Shown in pieces: positions 18,231 through 28,705 of a DNA stretch of 64,000 nt. Each line of letters opens with the position of its first letter. Position 1 is the stretch's first letter. Position numbers and translations under genes: made by a program. The notes beneath the pieces are model-generated. The model was not told the DNA's origin, did no database searches, and was given only the letters and a program-made list of their open reading frames with translations. This stretch comes from an uncultured delta proteobacterium (GTDB lineage Bacteria > Desulfobacterota > Desulfobacteria > Desulfobacterales > SG8-13): the NCBI GenBank assembly GCA_963848135.1, contig CAWKCK010000005.1, forward strand, positions 496,001-560,000, given 5' to 3'.

Positions 18231-19910
18231 TTATTTCGATCCGGGCACGGCCACCGTGCTCAATTCTATCCCTGATGAACCTTTGAACACGATGATATTT
18301 TTTACCCAGATATCGTTGTCCTCGAGGGGAAAATCTGTCCGATAGTGTGAACCCCTGCTTTCGCTGCGCGCCAAGGCGGCCCGGCCGACCATTTCGGCCA
18401 CAAGACGCATATTCTCGAATTCGAGATAGATAATCAGCCCTCGGGGGGTCGTGATGGCCGGTCGGGGCCAGTGGTTGCTAATTTGCTCAATCGCAGCCTG
18501 AAGTCCAATTTTATTGCGGATAATACCGACCTTACGCCACATGACGGTTTTTAAATCTTCAATCAAGCGTCCGGGATGAACGCCCTTGCTGTGAAACAAG
18601 CTCTCCAAGCGTTGTTTTTCATCTTCAACCGGCTCTTCGATCCATGCCGGTTCCGGCACTTTCATGGCATACCGGCCTGCTTTTCCTCCGACATGGGAAC
18701 CCATGGTAAAGATTTCCGCCAATGCATTTCCCCCCAAACGGTTGGCACCGTGAGCGCCAGCCGTAACCTCGCCGACGGCAAAAAGGCCTTTTATAGAGGT
18801 CCGGCCCGAATCATCGATGACGACACCGCCCATGCAAAAATGGGTGGTGGGCATGACTTCAAACCGTTTTTGCCCTTTCCACCAATACGCATTAGGCAAC
18901 AGCGGGGTTAATTTACGGGCTTTATCTTCGCTGAGCGACGCCAGGTCCATCCAAACTGTCCTCTTCCCGGTGTCCGACACAGGGATGGCTGTCTCCCCCT
19001 CTTCCATACCACATGAAATTTGCCCCATTGTCGCCTTCATAATAATCTGGGCCAGTTGATCTCGCGTTACTGACAGGGGATCGGAAATGCCGTTGGCCTT
19101 TAAAATATCTTCACCCCTGTCGGTTTTTAAAGCGACGCCTTTCTGCGCCAGCATCTTTTCATACAAAAACAGTCTGCTGCCTCGCCGGCCACGTGCGGTG
19201 GGATAAAACTGGACGAATTCCATGTCTTTCAAATCAACACCGGCCGCGTACGCCAGGGCATGACCGTCCCCAGTGATTCCGGGGGCGTTGTTTGTATTCA
19301 GATAAATCTGAGCATGACCACCGGTGGCCAAAACGACTGCGCGGGCCTTAAAGACAATAAAGCGGTTGTCCCTGCTAATCCCGGCAGCACCGCTAATGCG
19401 ATTGTCTGATACCAGCAGGCGGGAAACGAACACGTGCGCCCTAAAACCGATGCCCATTTGGGCCGCATGGTGCATCAACGGGAAAACCAGATTCCGTCCA
19501 ACCCAGTTTTCTCCGTAAACATGGCGGGCATAACGATGACCGGGGGTTTGCATGACCTTGGGCCGGTCATTTTCCATTTCGAACCGCACCCCGCAGTCGC
19601 GTAAAAACGCCACTTCGGACTTGGCATGTTGAGCAATTCGGGCCACGATAGACGGATCGTTAAGGTAACAACCGCCAGCGATAGTGTCCTGTGCGTGCAC
19701 TTGGGCATCGTCATCCGAAACGCCCCAGCCTGAAGCGGCGATTACCGCTTTGGATAAATACGTGTTGGTGGAACGGCCGATCTTTGCCTTGGAAACCACT
19801 AAAACCCTGGCCCCGCTGGATGCCGCGGCAATGGCGCTTCTCAAACCCGCTCCCCCGCCGCCGATGACAAGAACATCGCAGGATACAATCTCTGGAACGT
19901 CAAATTTCAT
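18231..19910 (-). CDS. SdhA/FrdA/NadB-family FAD-dependent oxidoreductase
   Basis: GGGGAG, ATGG, DMEFVQFYPT, HFCMGG, HGANRLGGNAL, ESRGSHYR. Confidence 0.88.
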   Translation of the reverse strand: MKFDVPEIVSCDVLVIGGGGAGLRSAIAAASSGARVLVVSKAKIGRSTNTYLSKAVIAASGWGVSDDDAQVHAQDTIAGGCYLNDPSIVARIAQHAKSEVAFLRDCGVRFEMENDRPKVMQTPGHRYARHVYGENWVGRNLVFPLMHHAAQMGIGFRAHVFVSRLLVSDNRISGAAGISRDNRFIVFKARAVVLATGGHAQIYLNTNNAPGITGDGHALAYAAGVDLKDMEFVQFYPTARGRRGSRLFLYEKMLAQKGVALKTDRGEDILKANGISDPLSVTRDQLAQIIMKATMGQISCGMEEGETAIPVSDTGKRTVWMDLASLSEDKARKLTPLLPNAYWWKGQKRFEVMPTTHFCMGGVVIDDSGRTSIKGLFAVGEVTAGAHGANRLGGNALAEIFTMGSHVGGKAGRYAMKVPEPAWIEEPVEDEKQRLESLFHSKGVHPGRLIEDLKTVMWRKVGIIRNKIGLQAAIEQISNHWPRPAITTPRGLIIYLEFENMRLVAEMVGRAALARSESRGSHYRTDFPLEDNDIWVKNIIVFKGSSGIELSTVAVPGSK

Positions 19911-21718
19911 CTGTGCACCAATCCCAATTCCACAAGTTTATTTTCGGAAGGTATTCCACGTTCGTTCCAACCCCTGGTTTTGTAATATAAGGCGCGAGCA
20001 TTAATGAAGCGTTCCTCACTGATCGCTTCTCCACCTTTTTTCCCATCATCCAGGTTTTCGCGGAAGAATCTTGGCGCCGCACGATCCTCCTCGACACTTT
20101 CACGCAAATTGTATAACCGCTCCAGGTTCCAGATGCGTTCACCGGCCAGCAGCAATTCTGTTTCGGATAGCTCAATTCCCGAGAGGGCATGGTAGAGTTC
20201 AGTGAGCACCGGCATCGTGTACTGAGCGTTGCGCATACCAAATTTGCATGTCAGAAAGGAATCGGCAAGGGCCATATAATGTTCCTTTTCTACAAGCGTT
20301 CCCATGTGGTGCTCAAAACCATCCTTCTGAAACTCTCCTGCAAAGATTTCGTTAACGTACAGCGCCGCGCGCAAATGACATGCCCCACGGTTACTGGTGA
20401 CGAGTGAAAAACCGGTACCAAAACTTCGCCGGGACTCGTACCCGGGGTATTCTTGCTTTTTAACGTGAATCACCCGCTCCAATGCGGCGGTTCCCCATTT
20501 TTCAGCAACACGGTAGGACCCTTCGGCAAGCAAATCACCGACACCCTCCCGCAGGGCAATTTTGGGAATCAATTTGTGAATCGATTCATGATCCCCCCAG
20601 TTCATCGATACACCATCCAAATGTCCTTGGTCGATAATGCCCAAATCAAAAATATCCATCAACCATGCAAACAGGTTGCCACAGGAGATGGTATCCATAC
20701 CCAAATCGTTGCAAAGGTAGTTCGCCTGGAGGATCGACTCCACATTCGTGTTGGCGCAATTTGAACCGAATGCCATCAATGTTTCGTATTCCGGGCCTTC
20801 GACTTCATCGAGTTTGTAAGGGCCCTCTTTTACGGTGTGAATGTTCCCGCACTTTAGCGGACAGTTAAAACACCCGCGATCTTTTACAAAATAACCGGTT
20901 TTTAGAGCTTCGGCATCAATCTGTTTGATTTCATTGAAATGACCGCTACGAAAATTTTTGGTGGGAAGGGAATTGGCTTCATTGAAGACATTTAAAGCGA
21001 TTGAGGAGCCATATTTAGCAAAAGCCGCGCCACCCTCCATAGCCAATTTGGCGCCGTTGCGCGATATTTCTGTTACTTTTTTAGGGTTGGCCGGGACGAT
21101 CGGCAATTTCCCCTTGACGGCAATGGCCTTCAAATTTTTACTGCCCATAACAGCGCCGGCGCCACCCCGGCCAGCGGCACGCTGGTTGCTCATTATCGCC
21201 GCATAGCGCACCTTATTTTCCCCGGCTGGCCCTATGGAAATAACTTCCGCTCGTCCTTCTCGCTCCTTGATGATATGCTCGGTTTCAAATACACCTTTGC
21301 CCCATATATCTTTTGCTGGTTTCAATTCAGCCTGACCTTCGTCAAGGACAAGATAACAGGGTTCTTTGGCGGCACCCGTGATGACGATACCATCAAATCC
21401 GGCCTTCTTTAATCGGGGACCCCAGTGTCCCCCACAGTGGCTGCTAAGTGCTATGCCGGTTAACGGCGCCTTGCAGGTGACGTTGAAGAAGGCTGAAAAA
21501 ACTCCGGTGCCCGTATATGGCCCGGTTGATATGATCAAGGGATTTTGAGGATCCAGTGGATCCACACCTGCGGGGGCCAAATCCGAAAGAAGCTTGATAC
21601 CCATCCCCCTTCCCCCGATAAAGCGTCGCAAATCGCCCCCGGAAGTTGATTCGATTTTGAGTGTCCCCTTCTCAAGATCCACCCAAAGCATTTGGCCAGT
21701 GTAGCTGTTTGCTTGCAT
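19907..21718 (-). CDS. aor: tungsten-dependent aldehyde ferredoxin oxidoreductase family protein
   Basis: AGRGGAGAVMGSKNLKAI, CFNCPLKC, EGPEYET, DLGMDTIS, RGACH. Confidence 0.92.
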   Translation of the reverse strand: MQANSYTGQMLWVDLEKGTLKIESTSGGDLRRFIGGRGMGIKLLSDLAPAGVDPLDPQNPLIISTGPYTGTGVFSAFFNVTCKAPLTGIALSSHCGGHWGPRLKKAGFDGIVITGAAKEPCYLVLDEGQAELKPAKDIWGKGVFETEHIIKEREGRAEVISIGPAGENKVRYAAIMSNQRAAGRGGAGAVMGSKNLKAIAVKGKLPIVPANPKKVTEISRNGAKLAMEGGAAFAKYGSSIALNVFNEANSLPTKNFRSGHFNEIKQIDAEALKTGYFVKDRGCFNCPLKCGNIHTVKEGPYKLDEVEGPEYETLMAFGSNCANTNVESILQANYLCNDLGMDTISCGNLFAWLMDIFDLGIIDQGHLDGVSMNWGDHESIHKLIPKIALREGVGDLLAEGSYRVAEKWGTAALERVIHVKKQEYPGYESRRSFGTGFSLVTSNRGACHLRAALYVNEIFAGEFQKDGFEHHMGTLVEKEHYMALADSFLTCKFGMRNAQYTMPVLTELYHALSGIELSETELLLAGERIWNLERLYNLRESVEEDRAAPRFFRENLDDGKKGGEAISEERFINARALYYKTRGWNERGIPSENKLVELGLVHR

Positions 21719-22168
21719 GTTCCTTGCTCCAAATATCCTATGGCTGGGATAGGTTTCTCAGGCTGCCATTGCACCTATGTCTTGATCGCCTGCTGCAATG
21801 TCGGTGTTACCTTTCAAATGTCCGCGAAAAAAACTGGCGCGTCAATCAACCATCAAGCTTGGCAAATTTGTCACAATTAACGAAAATGCGATGATAATCA
21901 ACAGCAAACAGGATAAAATACCGCTCTGCTCCAGCGTTTTATACAATACTGTCGGCAGTTTGTTACGTTGTAATTATCGGCCTGGTATGATAGCAAATCT
22001 ATACGGCTGATAACAGCTGCAAAGATCATTCTCAAAATATATGCTCTAAATATTATTAGCTCCCGTCTATCCTAAATCGCTCCCTTGGGGTCTTGATTTT
22101 ACACTAATGCGGTTTCCCATAGTAAAAAGGGCTAATTTTTACCTCTTAGCGTCGTAGAAACTCGCCAT

Positions 22169-22672
22169 ATGGAAACTGCTCTTCATTCGTTTCAAGACTC
22201 CATTTTTATGTCCGCGAACGCTCATCAGCTACTTCGTCGTTTTTCTCTCTCCTACCGGCATGAATTTGCGTGCATTGATTACTATATAGATGACCTCGAA
22301 ACCGGCTTACGCATATCAAAAGATATTCTTTTCACATTGGACCGCTTTGAGAATCGTTTAGTGGTCTCCAGATTTTACCCGGAGCTCTCCCATCAGGTGA
22401 ATTCAAAATACCTTTCAGCGACCTGTTTTTATTTGATGATTCACCATTTTACGAAAACACTAAAAGTCCCCTCCAGCTTTAATATCTATCTGAATGCCAG
22501 GCCTTCAGTCTTTCAGAACTTCTATGAAAAACTAAAGGATTTTACCTTTCAGGTGCAAGGCCCCAAGTCAGATTGCTACTGGAATTTAATCAGTGCGATC
22601 GAAAAAACATGCGTGGATACGTCTATGATTACCCCGTCTGTTGACGTCACGAAAACATTTAAATCCAAGTGA
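22169..22672 (+). CDS. hypothetical protein
   Basis: 167-aa ORF filling the intergenic space; no motif recognised. Confidence 0.6.
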   Translation: METALHSFQDSIFMSANAHQLLRRFSLSYRHEFACIDYYIDDLETGLRISKDILFTLDRFENRLVVSRFYPELSHQVNSKYLSATCFYLMIHHFTKTLKVPSSFNIYLNARPSVFQNFYEKLKDFTFQVQGPKSDCYWNLISAIEKTCVDTSMITPSVDVTKTFKSK

Positions 22673-22804
22673 TGGCACGCCCGTTTATACGATGACACGG
22701 CCATTCTCGATCCTTCTAAGGAATCGACGGTTCGGGCGGAAGTAACGTGATTGGGGATGAACTTATCAAAAACGCGACAATACGTCGGAATCAAAAATCG
22801 TTTT

Positions 22805-24004
22805 CTATACTGAAATTTTTCGCCACTTCAGCAGATGCCCGACGACAATGCCGAATATAAAACCCGCAGCCAAATTGGACGCCAGGGTGATGCCAAGGAT
22901 TAAAGTCGCTACCAAAAGATCCTTACGATTATCGAGGTCCAAAATCGTCAACGTTAGCTGTGAGCCTGCAAAAATCAACAATACCCCCAGGATAGACATG
23001 GGCAAAAGATTGAAAAAGTTGATGATTTTATCACCAAGGATCAAGGCCAATACGACGAAAATAAACCCAATCATCAAATTGGATCCAGCCGTACGCGCAC
23101 CGAAACGATAGTGCGCTGCAAGTCCCCCCGCGCCGTGGCAAAGGGGCATGCCCCCCAAGCAGAAGCTCAAAAAGTTAGCGAAGGCCATACTCAAACACGC
23201 ATTTCGATTTGATACCTTAGAGGCTCGATCGCCAAAATACGCCTCCGATAAATCCGTATAGGCGAGTACGGCGTTACCAAGGGTCATTGGGAGTTGTGGC
23301 AACACGAGAACAAATAGAGCAAACGTAAAATCGATCTTTCCCGGAAAGGCAAAAGGTAAAATTTCCGGTAGGTGGAATCCAATGTCCCCGCTTCCAAGAC
23401 CGACTCTGGCACCGAGTAACAGACCTGTTACGAATCCACCCAACACGACAATCAAACCCGCCGGTAATTTTTTGCTGTCTAATAACAGCAACGTAACTAA
23501 ACCACCGAGTACACCAATGACTATTCCAATTTGAATCGGGCCGATAAATTGAAGTGTTAGATACGGCTCCGCCGCATTTTGAAGTGCCTGATATTTTGAT
23601 GTACCGATGATGAATTTAACGCCTCCTGAAATCAGTAGCGCCCCGGTGGATAACTGTACGCCCCTTATGACCGCTTTGGGGGTAAATTTCCTGATAGCCT
23701 CGATGGCTCCGGTCATCCCAAGGATCAATAGAATTACACCCATTAAAAGGGATGAAGCCAAAATTTGAGAAGCACTCATGGAGGTTGCAATCGCATAGGC
23801 ACCAATGACTTTCATCGGCTGAACGGGGACTGTTACGCCGAAATAGATTCCAGAAATAATGTAAAATATCCCAATACTGAAAAACAGCCCCAATGGGTTG
23901 AGCCCATTTATCATGACCATTGCAATGGCAATCGGCAAAAGCGTTCCGAAATCCCCTAAAGAACCTGCCAGCTCCATTCGATCGAACCTGAAACGTTCAG
24001 ACAT
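22805..24004 (-). CDS. MOT1-like molybdate/tungstate (sulfate) transporter
   Basis: GSLGDFGT, PVPVQPMK-like VTVPVQPMK, GGMPLCHGAGGLAAHYRFGART. Confidence 0.88.
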   Translation of the reverse strand: MSERFRFDRMELAGSLGDFGTLLPIAIAMVMINGLNPLGLFFSIGIFYIISGIYFGVTVPVQPMKVIGAYAIATSMSASQILASSLLMGVILLILGMTGAIEAIRKFTPKAVIRGVQLSTGALLISGGVKFIIGTSKYQALQNAAEPYLTLQFIGPIQIGIVIGVLGGLVTLLLLDSKKLPAGLIVVLGGFVTGLLLGARVGLGSGDIGFHLPEILPFAFPGKIDFTFALFVLVLPQLPMTLGNAVLAYTDLSEAYFGDRASKVSNRNACLSMAFANFLSFCLGGMPLCHGAGGLAAHYRFGARTAGSNLMIGFIFVVLALILGDKIINFFNLLPMSILGVLLIFAGSQLTLTILDLDNRKDLLVATLILGITLASNLAAGFIFGIVVGHLLKWRKISV

Positions 24005-24808
24005 TACTTACCCCTTCAGCAAAAATCGATGCATCGTAAGAATTCACAGGGCACCTCATCTGCTATGTCGTCGGGCACTTGAAGTACAAGAGTACGTCTG
24101 CGCGCCCGACGCCTTGCATCCGCGGCACCCTGTAAACATTTACAATTCTGTGGTCTAAAGCACATTGGACTTTGCAACCCTTTGAAACGATACAGAATAA
24201 GATTATTTAAGAATCAGGCAGGTAATCGATATCAAAGATATCCTGAATTTCAAACTTACCACCGGCAAGAGCACGCTGTAAGATCCAAACGATACCGCGG
24301 ATTTGCCTCATTATGGATTATCTAAAAAATATCGAATATTTACATCACTAATCGAAAATCGTCAAAAACTAAATCACCGACAATGTTTTTTAAAGTGGGT
24401 TCGGGTGAAATCAATCCGAATTTTTTTTGGGCATTGTTCGCTAATAATGATATATCTTCTTTGGTGATGAATGTTTGACATGTGGACAATGCCCGCGTTA
24501 AACCGATGGCATGTGGGCTTCATGCGTAGTATGCACGTTATTTCTCTCAGTTACGATTTTGGCAAAAACATAAAGGATGGACTGCTGTATGAATATGAAA
24601 TAACCCCATATCTATTAAAGAAAAATGAAATTGTGAGAAAAACAAGTTTGATGGCTAAGGTAGCATTTCGTTTTTACCTGTTACTCAAAGAACACTTCAC
24701 ATTACCAGCAAGGTTGTTTTTGGCAATTCAGATACTATGAATCGAATTGGATCTGAATTCACAGCTTCTGGCAATATATTCCTTGTCAGTCAGAGGAGAC
24801 TGAACAAT

Positions 24809-25312
24809 ATGCGGAAAACATTCTTCGTTATTTTATCGATTTTTGCAATATTTTCTACAGGTCAAACAAACGCTCGTGCTGATGGTTATATAATGGTTAT
24901 TGGCGATGATGTGAATATTCGATTAGAACCAAACACCAATTCAACCGTCATAGCGAAGAGCCAGAAAGGAGATATTTTCAGATTAGCTGAATTGGAAGGC
25001 GATTGGTATTCGATATACATGTTTAGTGGTGAGAAACGATATATATTTAAATCTCTGACGGATAAAATAAATGCAGTGCCCGAATTGACCCAATCGATCG
25101 AAACGAAGAAAAAAGTGTACAGAGAACTTTCTGACGCCAAAGTAAGAGCGGCAAATGAATCATATGCAAAATATCCAAATGATATCTTTAAACAGATCGA
25201 TTTGGAACGTCGATTAAACGACAGTTATAAATTGCCTGCTTTTCAAAAACACACCATACCGCCGGCAAGTTATCACAAGCTAATGGGAGAAGGATTAAAG
25301 AATAATTGGTAG
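24809..25312 (+). CDS. exported SH3b-domain protein
   Basis: Signal peptide; VNIRLEPNTNSTVI...GDWYSI; GAGGAG RBS; AT-rich. Confidence 0.75.
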   Translation: MRKTFFVILSIFAIFSTGQTNARADGYIMVIGDDVNIRLEPNTNSTVIAKSQKGDIFRLAELEGDWYSIYMFSGEKRYIFKSLTDKINAVPELTQSIETKKKVYRELSDAKVRAANESYAKYPNDIFKQIDLERRLNDSYKLPAFQKHTIPPASYHKLMGEGLKNNW

Positions 25313-25350
25313 TGCGCAACACTTAATTTGTCCCGGAACAAATAACGGGT

Positions 25351-26079
25351 ATGAAGCTGATGAGGAAAAAAAACGTTCTGATCATCGAGGACGATGCCAA
25401 CACCGCCGATCTCGTGGCGCTTTATCTCCGGCGTGAAGGGTTTCGGGCCCTGACGGCCAACGACGGTGAGCAAGGCCTGGCCCTGGCAGAACGTAACCGC
25501 CCGGATCTGGTGGTCCTTGATTTGATGCTTCCGAAGGTAGATGGTTGGGAGGTTTGCCGCCGGTTGCGGCAGATATCGGATGTACCGGTTATCATGCTGA
25601 CGGCCAGAGATGAAGAGATCGACCGCGTCGCCGGACTCACCCTGGGCGCAGACGATTATGTGGTCAAACCCTTCAGCCCCCGGGAATTGGTGGCGCGGGT
25701 AATCGCCGTGCTTCGGCGTGCGCGGCCTTATGAAAACGCCCCCGGCAAAGTGCGACACCAAGGCAATGTTCTATTAGATCTCGAGAAACGGCAGCTCTAC
25801 GTCCGTGGCCACGCAATCGACCTGACACATCATGAGTATACGCTACTGGAAGCGCTCATGAGTGCACCTGGCAAAGCCTTTACCCGTGACGAACTGCTTG
25901 ATCGCATTTACCCCCGGGGAGAAGCCGTGGTCATCGATCGTGTTGTGGACGTGCATATCGGTAAACTACGCAAAAAAATCGAAACCGATCCTACTTATCC
26001 AAGTTATATTCTCACTGTTCGCGGCATCGGCTACCGATTTGCCGAAAGAAAACCGTCCTCACCAGGGGTTTCCCAGTGA
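25351..26079 (+). CDS. OmpR/PhoB family response regulator
   Basis: IIEDD, DLMLP, GADDYVVKPF, VDVHIGKLRKK, TVRGIGY. Confidence 0.95.
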   Translation: MKLMRKKNVLIIEDDANTADLVALYLRREGFRALTANDGEQGLALAERNRPDLVVLDLMLPKVDGWEVCRRLRQISDVPVIMLTARDEEIDRVAGLTLGADDYVVKPFSPRELVARVIAVLRRARPYENAPGKVRHQGNVLLDLEKRQLYVRGHAIDLTHHEYTLLEALMSAPGKAFTRDELLDRIYPRGEAVVIDRVVDVHIGKLRKKIETDPTYPSYILTVRGIGYRFAERKPSSPGVSQ

Positions 26080-27149
26080 ACCAACGCTTGATCTTCAAAT
26101 TGTTGGCCGTTCATCTTGTGGTGATTGCCTTTACCATGGCGGTGATGTGGTTGGTCATCGACACCCTTGCGGCCGGGTATTTCGTCACCTTGATGGAAAA
26201 GTATCATATCTCCCCTGAACCCGCTCACGAGATGTTCGTGAACGCCGTACATCGCTACTTGATATGGGCATGTCTGGCGGCCTTGACTCTGGCTGTGGTC
26301 CTCAGCTTCTTTATGATGCGACGTGTGTTGGCGCCTTTGACCCGAATGACTGAAATTACTCAGGAGATCGCCGCGGGAAACTTTTCCGCCCGTGTGCCCA
26401 AAGGGAGTAAGGACGAGGTCGGCAGACTCGCACAGGCGTTCAACTATATGGCCGAAAACTTAAAGAAGCTTGAAAATCTGCGCCGTTCGCTGATGATCGA
26501 CGTGGCCCATGAGTTACGTACCCCCTTGACCAACATTCGAGGCTATCTGGAAGCGCTCAACGATGGCGTCTTGCCACCGTCGAAGGAAACATTTTCTCTG
26601 CTGCAGAGCGAGACCATGCGGTTGGTGCAGCTCGTGGAGGAAGTCCTGCGGCTTGCCCGGGCTGATGCCGCCCAAAAAACCCTCAAATTTGAAAATGTCG
26701 ATTTATGCCAGGCCGTCCGCAAGGCCATCGAGCCCTTTTCGCAAAAATTCGACCAAAAAGAATTGACTGTCGACCTGCAGCTGCCGTCCTCCGGAGCAAT
26801 GGTGCCAACCGATCCGAACCGAATCGCCCGGGTGCTGCGCAGCCTGATGGACAATGTCGCCCGATACACACCTCGCAATGGCAAGGTGAAAATCGTTGTT
26901 GCGTTCGACGCCGACATTGTCCGTATTGACTTCATCAATTCCATACAGGAACTCGCGCCGAAAGATTTGCCCTATCTATTTGAACGATTTTACCGCGGCG
27001 AAAAATCTCGCTCCCGCCAGCACGGCGGCGCAGGCATAGGGCTGGCCATCGTCAAAGAGTTGGTGAAAGCCCATGGGGGTTCAGTTGGGGCCCAATTAGA
27101 CGGTGGCAATATCCGAATCTGGCTGACGCTCCCTAAGGGGCAAGCCTGA
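26076..27149 (+). CDS. HAMP sensor histidine kinase (BaeS-like)
   Basis: 2 TM segments, HAMP, AHELRTPL, FERFYRG, GAGIGLAIV. Confidence 0.95.
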   Translation: MNQRLIFKLLAVHLVVIAFTMAVMWLVIDTLAAGYFVTLMEKYHISPEPAHEMFVNAVHRYLIWACLAALTLAVVLSFFMMRRVLAPLTRMTEITQEIAAGNFSARVPKGSKDEVGRLAQAFNYMAENLKKLENLRRSLMIDVAHELRTPLTNIRGYLEALNDGVLPPSKETFSLLQSETMRLVQLVEEVLRLARADAAQKTLKFENVDLCQAVRKAIEPFSQKFDQKELTVDLQLPSSGAMVPTDPNRIARVLRSLMDNVARYTPRNGKVKIVVAFDADIVRIDFINSIQELAPKDLPYLFERFYRGEKSRSRQHGGAGIGLAIVKELVKAHGGSVGAQLDGGNIRIWLTLPKGQA

Positions 27150-27426
27150 TAGCGACATCCTAACACGGAATCTTGATCAATATGGAGGCTTTTGGGGCCA
27201 CTCGCACACCGTCAAACAAATTATCAGATGTGTGATCCCGCAAAGCGGGAGGCATTTCGAGGTGATGCGGTCATCAGTCGGCCGCGATCCTCTAATAATC
27301 ACGCTATAGCATGACCATGGAAGCTTCCGGTTGACCTGAAGTCAGAATTTACTTTGACCCAAGTTGAGCGTTTCATATTTTCGAAATATGAAAAGCAATA
27401 TATTTTACCCGATACCCCAGCCCAAA

Positions 27427-27466
27427 CTTCACACAATCTTTACATACCCTTTAAGCCCTCTTTAAG
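27427..27466 (+). promoter_or_regulatory. four direct repeats at 11-bp period, candidate OmpR-family operator
   Basis: CTTCACA (27427), CTTTACA (27438), CTTTAAG (27449), CTTTAAG (27460) upstream of msrAB. Confidence 0.65.
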
Positions 27467-27509
27467 CATCGGCCTTATATTTGATTATAAAAACAACGGA
27501 GGTGATGCC

Positions 27510-28703
27510 ATGAAATACACGATTTTCACAATAGGTGCCATTGCGGCCCTTTTTCTGACCGCCTACCAGGTAATGAGCATGGATGATGCCCAGAAAATGC
27601 AGCCATCCAGTAAAATACAACCCCAAAATACCCGGATGGCAGTTTTTGCCGGCGGCTGTTTCTGGTGCACAGAATCGGATTTTGAGAAAGTTGACGGAGT
27701 GATCGAAGCCATATCAGGTTACTCCGGCGGTCATGTGGTCAATCCCTCATACAAACAGGTGTCCGCAGGCGGCACCGGGCATACAGAAGTCGTCAAGGTG
27801 ATTTATGACCCGGCCAGAATCGATTACGAGGGCCTCCTGGATATTTTCTGGCGCAGCATCGATCCAACGGACACCGGCGGCCAGTTCGTGGATCGCGGAT
27901 CGCAGTATCGTAGCGCCATCTTCTATGTCGATAAACAGCAGCAGGCCCTGGCCGAAGCCTCGAAAGAAAAACTTGCGGCTTCAAGCATCTTCGCTCAGCC
28001 GATAGTCACCGAAATTGTGCCATTGGAAGAGTTTTACGAAGCCGAAGACTATCACCAAGATTACTACAAAAAGAACTCCCTAAGATACAAGTGGTACCGT
28101 TCGGGGTCTGGCCGGGATCGCTTCTTGGAAAAAGCTTGGGCAGATAGGCCATTGAAGATGAAGGAAAAGAAGATGAACACTATCCAAAAACAAATGCCGG
28201 GTGATGCCATGACCAATAGTTCCGCGTCAGGCCGCCGTTACGGCAAACCTGATGATGCCGAACTCCGCAAACGCCTGTCGCCCCTGCAGTATGATGTTAC
28301 CCAAAAGGGTGCCACCGAGCGACCATTCCAGAATGCGTATTGGGACAATCACGAGAGTGGCATTTACGTGGACATCGTTTCAGGGGAGCAGCTCTTCAGC
28401 TCGACGGATAAATTCGAATCCGGAACCGGCTGGCCCAGTTTTACACGCCCTCTGGAACCGGAGAATATCGTTGAAAAAACCGACAAAACCCTGTTCATGG
28501 TGCGAACTGAAGTCACTAGCAAGTATGCCAATTCACACCTGGGGCATGTCTTTGACGATGGACCTCCGCCCACCGGCCTGCGTTATTGTATCAACTCGGC
28601 GGCCTTGCGATTTATTCCTAAAGACGATCTTGAAAAGGAAGGCTATGGGGAATATGCCGCGTTGTTTGAAAAAATGCCCCGGATGAGTGTTAAGGAGGAT
28701 TGA
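27510..28703 (+). CDS. msrAB: exported bifunctional peptide-methionine sulfoxide reductase MsrA/MsrB
   Basis: N-terminal hydrophobic signal; [44 protein letters not shown]. Confidence 0.95.
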   Translation: MKYTIFTIGAIAALFLTAYQVMSMDDAQKMQPSSKIQPQNTRMAVFAGGCFWCTESDFEKVDGVIEAISGYSGGHVVNPSYKQVSAGGTGHTEVVKVIYDPARIDYEGLLDIFWRSIDPTDTGGQFVDRGSQYRSAIFYVDKQQQALAEASKEKLAASSIFAQPIVTEIVPLEEFYEAEDYHQDYYKKNSLRYKWYRSGSGRDRFLEKAWADRPLKMKEKKMNTIQKQMPGDAMTNSSASGRRYGKPDDAELRKRLSPLQYDVTQKGATERPFQNAYWDNHESGIYVDIVSGEQLFSSTDKFESGTGWPSFTRPLEPENIVEKTDKTLFMVRTEVTSKYANSHLGHVFDDGPPPTGLRYCINSAALRFIPKDDLEKEGYGEYAALFEKMPRMSVKED

Positions 28704-28705
28704 CA

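Noticed and set aside
21719..22168. Moco/Wco riboswitch or moaD upstream of aor
   Set aside because: No recognisable consensus elements, and no small ORF ending in GG.
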